A stretch of 63,904 bases of DNA, counting the filler, from Stramenopiles sp. TOSAG23-6 (taxonomy: Eukaryota): assembly GCA_900128565.1 (NCBI GenBank). It is 4 parts of 4 records of this genome, joined end to end, with 100 filler letters (N's around TTAATTAATTAA, not from the genome) between each part and the next. Parts side by side here need not be neighbours in the genome. Positions count along the whole stretch, not along the records: positions 52,469 to 63,904 come from LT636258.1; 3 more parts are not named here. One strand, written 5' to 3'. The position numbers and the translations under genes are program-made. Position 1 is the stretch's first letter. Every line of letters begins with the position of its first letter. Positions 58,514 to 63,904 of this stretch are shown piece after piece. Below the pieces are notes generated by a model that worked only from the letters and a program-made list of their open reading frames with translations, was not told the DNA's origin and made no database searches.

Positions 58514-61500
58514 CTAAGTATAATTCATCACATTGCACGTTAGGCTAGCAAGAGTTTCAATCTTGACTCTGTATATTTTACCCCAAGACCATACGTTAAC
58601 AATAGTGTTATTAGCCTCACAATCTTTGATTAGCACAGCATGGTCACACTGTCGATGCTTTGGAAGTGTTACAGGATATAGAGGACATACCCCATTCGAA
58701 ATACACTCACTTTCAAAATTTGTTGCATCTATTTCAATCACAGCAGTCGTATTACACTTTTTTTTAATCTCATCTACAGGGACGGGGGTAAACCTATTCT
58801 GAATCATTTCAGTAACTTTGGCAGGATTTTTGCTGAGGTATGTTTTCATCGTTGGATCGAAGTCGCTAGGAAATGGGGGTAAAGAAGTACCATTCCCATT
58901 TATAAGTTTTTCTAAATTTTTTAATATCCATGTGTTAGCAATTTCTCTTTGTTTGTCATTCCACGAATTCCAGCACGGATTCACACATAAGTCCTTAGTA
59001 GTACATTTTTTACCATAAAGTTTTTCACAAAACCAAATTATCGGTCTCGCAGATGACTCCCGTTGTTTTTTAGTCAAGGCAGTACCTCCAAAAATTGTGC
59101 TTCCCTGAATAGTTAACTTCACTGAAGCAGGAATGTTGTCACATGTATATGTTTGCTGATTGTATGAGTCCAGCAATGAAAAGGTCCAAACAAATTCAGC
59201 TCCTCGCATGCAATTATTCCTATTGCAATCTATGTCGTTCAACGGATTGAGATTCAAAATGTGAGGGCATGGATGTTTCATTCCAAAACTATCTGGAAAT
59301 TGTCCTATCCAGTAAAGTGATGAAATGGCTTCAGCAAGTTTCGTGGGATTATTTATTGCCAAAGAAGCTGCATAAGCAGTTTCTACGCATGAACCTCGAT
59401 CAGCTTGATTAAATATACATAGATATTGGTTTGTACACGGGGATGCTGGAGGTATAATTGAAACCCCTACTTCCGCCCACACAGCAAAGGACACATTTAG
59501 AATTGAATTCTCAATTGATTGTAGCATTCCATCAGGAGTTACCCCAAGGTTCTTAAAGGCTGGTGTTTTTTTTTTTTGCTGGTATTGTAGAAAATTGCTA
59601 CGTACAACATCAACATCCATTTTTGGTTTCACTGTTAAATGGGTTGTTACTGCTACTTTCGCTTTTGTTTTGGCAACTGCTGCCTTGGCCGCTGCTGCCT
59701 TGGTCACTTTGACTCTTTTTTCTTTTTCTTCTTTAGTTTCTTTTTTCAGCACAGGCGACACTGGTGTTTTTGGTGCTGGTGTTGTTGATGGATCATTTAG
59801 CGTTACGTAATTCCCACCCTTGAAACATTTTTCATTGCCCATTTTGAGTTTCATGTAACCACCTTCACCAAATGTTTTACCCCATGAAAATTTCACTTTC
59901 CAATATTTGTTATCTTTGTCTGTCGTATCATAACCAACAATTAAAGCGGACTCAAGAGTAGACTCTGTCGTATCATCACATTGTACATCAATGAGACAAT
60001 TCTTATTTAATTGATAATCTTGGAAATTGTTTGAGGTTATACTGATCCCAATAGTAATTGGACCTTTATTTGTGATTACTTTTTTCATTTGATCCTCTGT
60101 CATTTCCAGATTTGGTTGCCCAACTTTCCAAATTTTTTGTACATGTACACTGTTACAATAATTCGTTATTAAAGCTTCATTGCACCTCCATGTTGTTTTA
60201 TATGGAGTCCTTTTAGCTTCAATTAGTTTACTCAAAGCATTACAGACTTTACTATTTACACAGGACGATGTTTTAGATTGATTATATGTATATGGATATT
60301 GTTTGTCGGTACAAATACCCATATATTTAAGTTGATCTAGAGCAATTACGGGATTTCCTCCATCACAACCGCCATGCGTTTCATCATTTACTGTCGTTGT
60401 TCTATAACAATTAACAACTTCTTCCACAGAAAAACGAGTAAGCTGTTCGCTTCTTTGGATAACATATGCTGATTCAATCACTCCAACTGTAGCCATAGCA
60501 TACGATGATGAACATTTACCTTGGCGTATTGGTGATGTGACAGCTATAGCAATTTTAGCTGTGCATTCCCCATCCAACTCTGCTGTAGACCAATCAATTT
60601 TTTTACAAGCAGGGAATGTCAACGTTTTGTCATCTTCAGAGTAAAGAACTCCTAAATCTGATACACCAGTGTCAACAGTATCGTGATATCCCAACGATAA
60701 CAATATTTCGAGTTCCGTGTAAATACTCCAGATTGAATGACCACGACTACAATTTGTATTGCTTGAATTTTGCTTTTTAATTTCAGCACCTGCTTGTTCG
60801 TACAGTTTTTTTCGTTGACAATATTCGGCAGGATCCAAATTCAGTTCAAAACTTTCAATAAAGCTTCAAAATGAATCGCTACCATTACCATACAATGCGT
60901 GAATAAAAAAATACCCTCCAACAGCTGCGCCACTGATTGTTATTATCATAATTACCCACGTTATTTTATTACCAATGCACTTTTTCCAAGACTTTTTATG
61001 AATTTTGCAAAAATAGATGGCAATACCCAGTACAATGAGGAGAAAAGTAAGTACACTTGAACCGAAAAGATATGTTCTATTCTCGTTTCCCTTTGAATAC
61101 TGAACGATTGAAAATATTGTGCACGTCAATAGAAAAGCGAGCAAACTAAGAATGACTCCAAACAGTACAAAGTACACAAATCGAACTTCATTGTTCTGCC
61201 CCCCACTTTTGTTGGCCTGACGTTTTCTGAAAGATGTGTTTTTTTTAACTATTTTTTCTTCTGGTTTTTCTTTTTTAACAGAAATATCATTCGTGACAAA
61301 ACCTATCGGATTGCCCACGGTTTGTGGGTAAAGATCACGATGATATGTTTCTTGAACAATCCCTTGTCGGTTATTTATTTTTCTCTGTAATTGTTTCGTC
61401 CGTCTTGCCTCTTCTCTTCTCTGTAATTGAAGCAGCTTCGTCCGTCGTGCCTCTAGTCTTCTTTCCATATCCTCTCGCGCAGCATCTTGCGATATATCTT

Positions 61501-61639
61501 GATGATTATTTGAAGACACGCGTACATGGGTTGCGACTGATACGTTTGTGCTTTTACGTTGATCATCATGTGTTTCTCCTAAATAATGACGTCGTGCAAT
61601 TGTTTTTCTTTTAAAATCATCGATAGCAGTTGATTCCAT
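58514..61639 (-). CDS. TM-anchored protein with two papain-fold (C1A-like) domains, interrupted by one in-frame TGA at 60866-60868
   Basis: ORFs 60866..61819 and 58514..60838 share a frame, 27 nt apart. Domain 1: QGKCSSSYA, GCDGGNP, IVGY, WKVKFSWG..FGEGGY. Domain 2: NQADRGSC, DHAVLI, WSWG. Confidence 0.65.
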
Positions 61640-61944
61640 TTTTGATTCCAGATATTCTTCTGTGTTCGTAGCATTTAAGAAAAATGAAATACTACTAGAT
61701 GAGTATGAATGTGATACCCACAGTATTATACCCACAGTAGGATATAGTTTAGAGGGTATAACGTAAAAAACGAGGCCAACGGTCGTCAGCAAAAAAAGAA
61801 TCGCGCGAATCAATCGCAATCAATCTCAAATCCTCCCTCCTAGTACTCGAAAACTCGTAGTACGCTCGCTCCTCCAATATTTTCCGTGAATTTTACTTAC
61901 ACGGTAATTTTGTATTATTTTTCCATCCACACTCCAACCAGGAA

Positions 61945-63231
61945 ATGATACCTCATGCATTGTTATTGATTCCTGTGATCACACTTCATGCATTTAATAG
62001 TGATTTCAATTTGAATACTTTTTGCGTTTTTTCTCGTGACTTGAGTTCAAAATCGGTTGTTCAAAAAGTTACTTTATTTGGCGAACAGAACACTTCATTT
62101 ATAAAAGATGGTTCAAATCCAGAGCTTGTTGACTCTGTTATTCATGCAACTAGAATATATCGTAGAGATCAATGTGAGCGCCGGAAAGGTCATCGTTGGA
62201 TTGAACGAATAAAAACAGAGGACGCGTGGCAATCGATGATTCAAAAACAATTCGAATTCGTCCACGCATCACCACAAAAGAGACATGCCTGGATATTTGA
62301 GTTGGCAGAAAACGTGAATGTCTCATCGTTACTTCCACAATGGGTCAAAGTAACCGAGGGCGCATCATTCCACCATTTTGGACGAATTCGTCATTCAAGT
62401 AGTAAAAGACGACAACTTGATGAAGCAGACGATCCAAACGCGACTCCACGAAAAAAAGGAATTGGCTTTTATACACTTTATCTTACTTTTGAACATGCTG
62501 TATCTTTAGCAAAAACTACACCGAATGCATGGTATAGTGCATTCCCATTACCAAATAGTTTTAAAATGTCAGCAGAATTGTTAGCTCATACAGCAGAGGC
62601 AGGAAATTGGTATACTTTAATTAATGATCCAACAGATAATTCATTACCAAGTAATCACTGGAAGCATTCCCTTGATATTGACGTTCAACTTACTCCTGAC
62701 TTTATCCATGGTACACATGACAAAGAAGCAAAAATGGCTGTAGATTTATGGAACAAACAACTTAAGGATGACGGTGTGAAAGGCCGATGGTTCACTTCAG
62801 GTAGAGATTTAATGTACGATTTCATTTGAATTTCAACTTGGAATTTTTTTTACTATGAAAATTCTGTACCTAACAAAAAAAATTAGTATTTTTTTCACAA
62901 TACATTTCTGGCAAAGATTTTTCTAGAAAAGAATGGGAAATGATAATTACACCTTTATTACGTGTATGTTTTTATTGAAACATTTTTTTTTATTACAATT
63001 TTTTTTTATTTAGGTACAAAATTTCGTATGAAAAAAAAACTTTTTTAAAAAATTCATATAAAGATCATAACAAATTTTTATTTCAAATTTAAAATATTTT
63101 CCTACAATACATGACCATCGTGTGCTCTCTATTGAGCCTAGTCAAAATTTCCATTTATCGAATCAATATGCAGCTTGGGTGACTCAAAGTGGTGTACAAG
63201 ATTCTTTTCAAACGTATTCCAATGGATTGAC
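61945..63231 (+). CDS. N-terminal exons of a secreted subtilase-like (Kp43/TagA-like) protein
   Basis: Signal peptide. Introns 62814-62905 and 62964-63112 (GT..AT) give ...SIEPSQNFHLSNQYAAWVTQSG...NGLT, the usual prodomain/catalytic boundary. Confidence 0.55.
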
Positions 63232-63320
63232 GTATGTTTTATTTTTTTTTTTTTTTTGTACGAAATTTTGTACCTAACAAATTTTCAAATTTTTTTTTGA
63301 AATATTTTTCCAAAATGCAT

Positions 63321-63817
63321 GGTAAAACATTACTTGCTAAAGCTGTTGCATCAGATGCAGCAGCACATTTCTTGACTGTATCCCTCAGCCGTTTAGTTCA
63401 TTCTGGTGTAGGTCAATCATCAAAAGCAATTCGCGATTTATTTGACTCTGCCAGTCGTTGTCAGCCTGCAGTCATATTTTTAGATGAAATTGATGCAGTC
63501 TTTGGGAAACGTGGCGGAGATCAACATGGAAGTCAACTTGTTTCTCAATTACTTTTAGAATTTGAGAATATTGCATATATACGTTTTCATTATGAATTTT
63601 AATTTATTTTTTTTTTTTTGAAAATTTTGTACCTAACAAATTTTAGTTTTTTTTTTTTAAATATTTTTTCACAATATAAAGACAACGTCAATCTCCAGAT
63701 AAAAATATATCTGTAACTGTCCTTGCGGCAACGAATAGACCATGGGCTTTAGACTCTGCGCTCTTTTCACCCGGACGTTTTGATCGTATTATTTATATTG
63801 GATTACCTGATGTTATT
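63321..63817 (+). CDS. AAA+ ATPase (CDC48/SPATA5/NVL-like), internal exons
   Basis: [39 protein letters not shown]. Intron 63579-63679; next intron from 63818. Confidence 0.85.
63579..63679 (+). mobile_element. Introner-like intron with AT..AA termini
   Basis: ATACGTTTTC...GTACCTAAC...AAATATTTTTTCACAATATAA. Alignment to the family consensus and the AAA reading frame give the same boundaries. Confidence 0.7.
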
Positions 63818-63904
63818 GTATGTTTTATTTTTTTTCAAATTCTAGTTTTGTTTTTTATAAAAATTTTGTACCTAACAAATTTAAGTTTTTTTTTTTGAAA
63901 TATT

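Noticed and set aside
60866-60868. Genome-wide TGA reassignment
   Set aside because: TGA ends the Rac GTPase directly after its CAAX box and also ends other genes; no other in-frame TGA was seen in conserved genes.

Overview
AT-rich, gene-dense eukaryotic DNA, probably from a protist; the taxon cannot be identified from sequence alone. It uses the standard genetic code and has TTAGGG-type telomeric motifs. The window is four concatenated contigs (1-17462, 17563-34970, 35071-52368, 52469-63904) joined by artificial N44-TTAATTAATTAA-N44 linkers. Contigs 1 and 3 are full-length fold-back palindromes, most likely amplification or assembly artefacts. Recognisable genes: a TRANK1-like RelE-like/UvrD helicase/ankyrin protein, an ACBP-ankyrin protein, a glucosidase II beta-like fragment, a Rac/Rho GTPase, adenylosuccinate lyase, an ABCF ATPase, an isovaleryl-CoA dehydrogenase-like fragment, a GINT1-N/DUF1647-like fusion, a papain-fold protein, and subtilase and AAA ATPase fragments. 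Main finding: almost all introns (about 37 non-redundant by manual count) belong to one sequence family, mostly ~90-110 nt: GTAYGTTTT...CGTACGAAATTTYGTACCTAAC...AAATATTTTTYCAMAATACAT. They look like introner elements and mostly end in AT rather than AG. Only four end in AG, and GT-TT, GA-GT and AT-AA termini also occur. Second finding: short telomeric (CCCTAA)2-3 inserts lie inside genes, several at the junction of local tandem duplications. All splice junctions are inferred from reading frame and protein conservation, not from RNA data.
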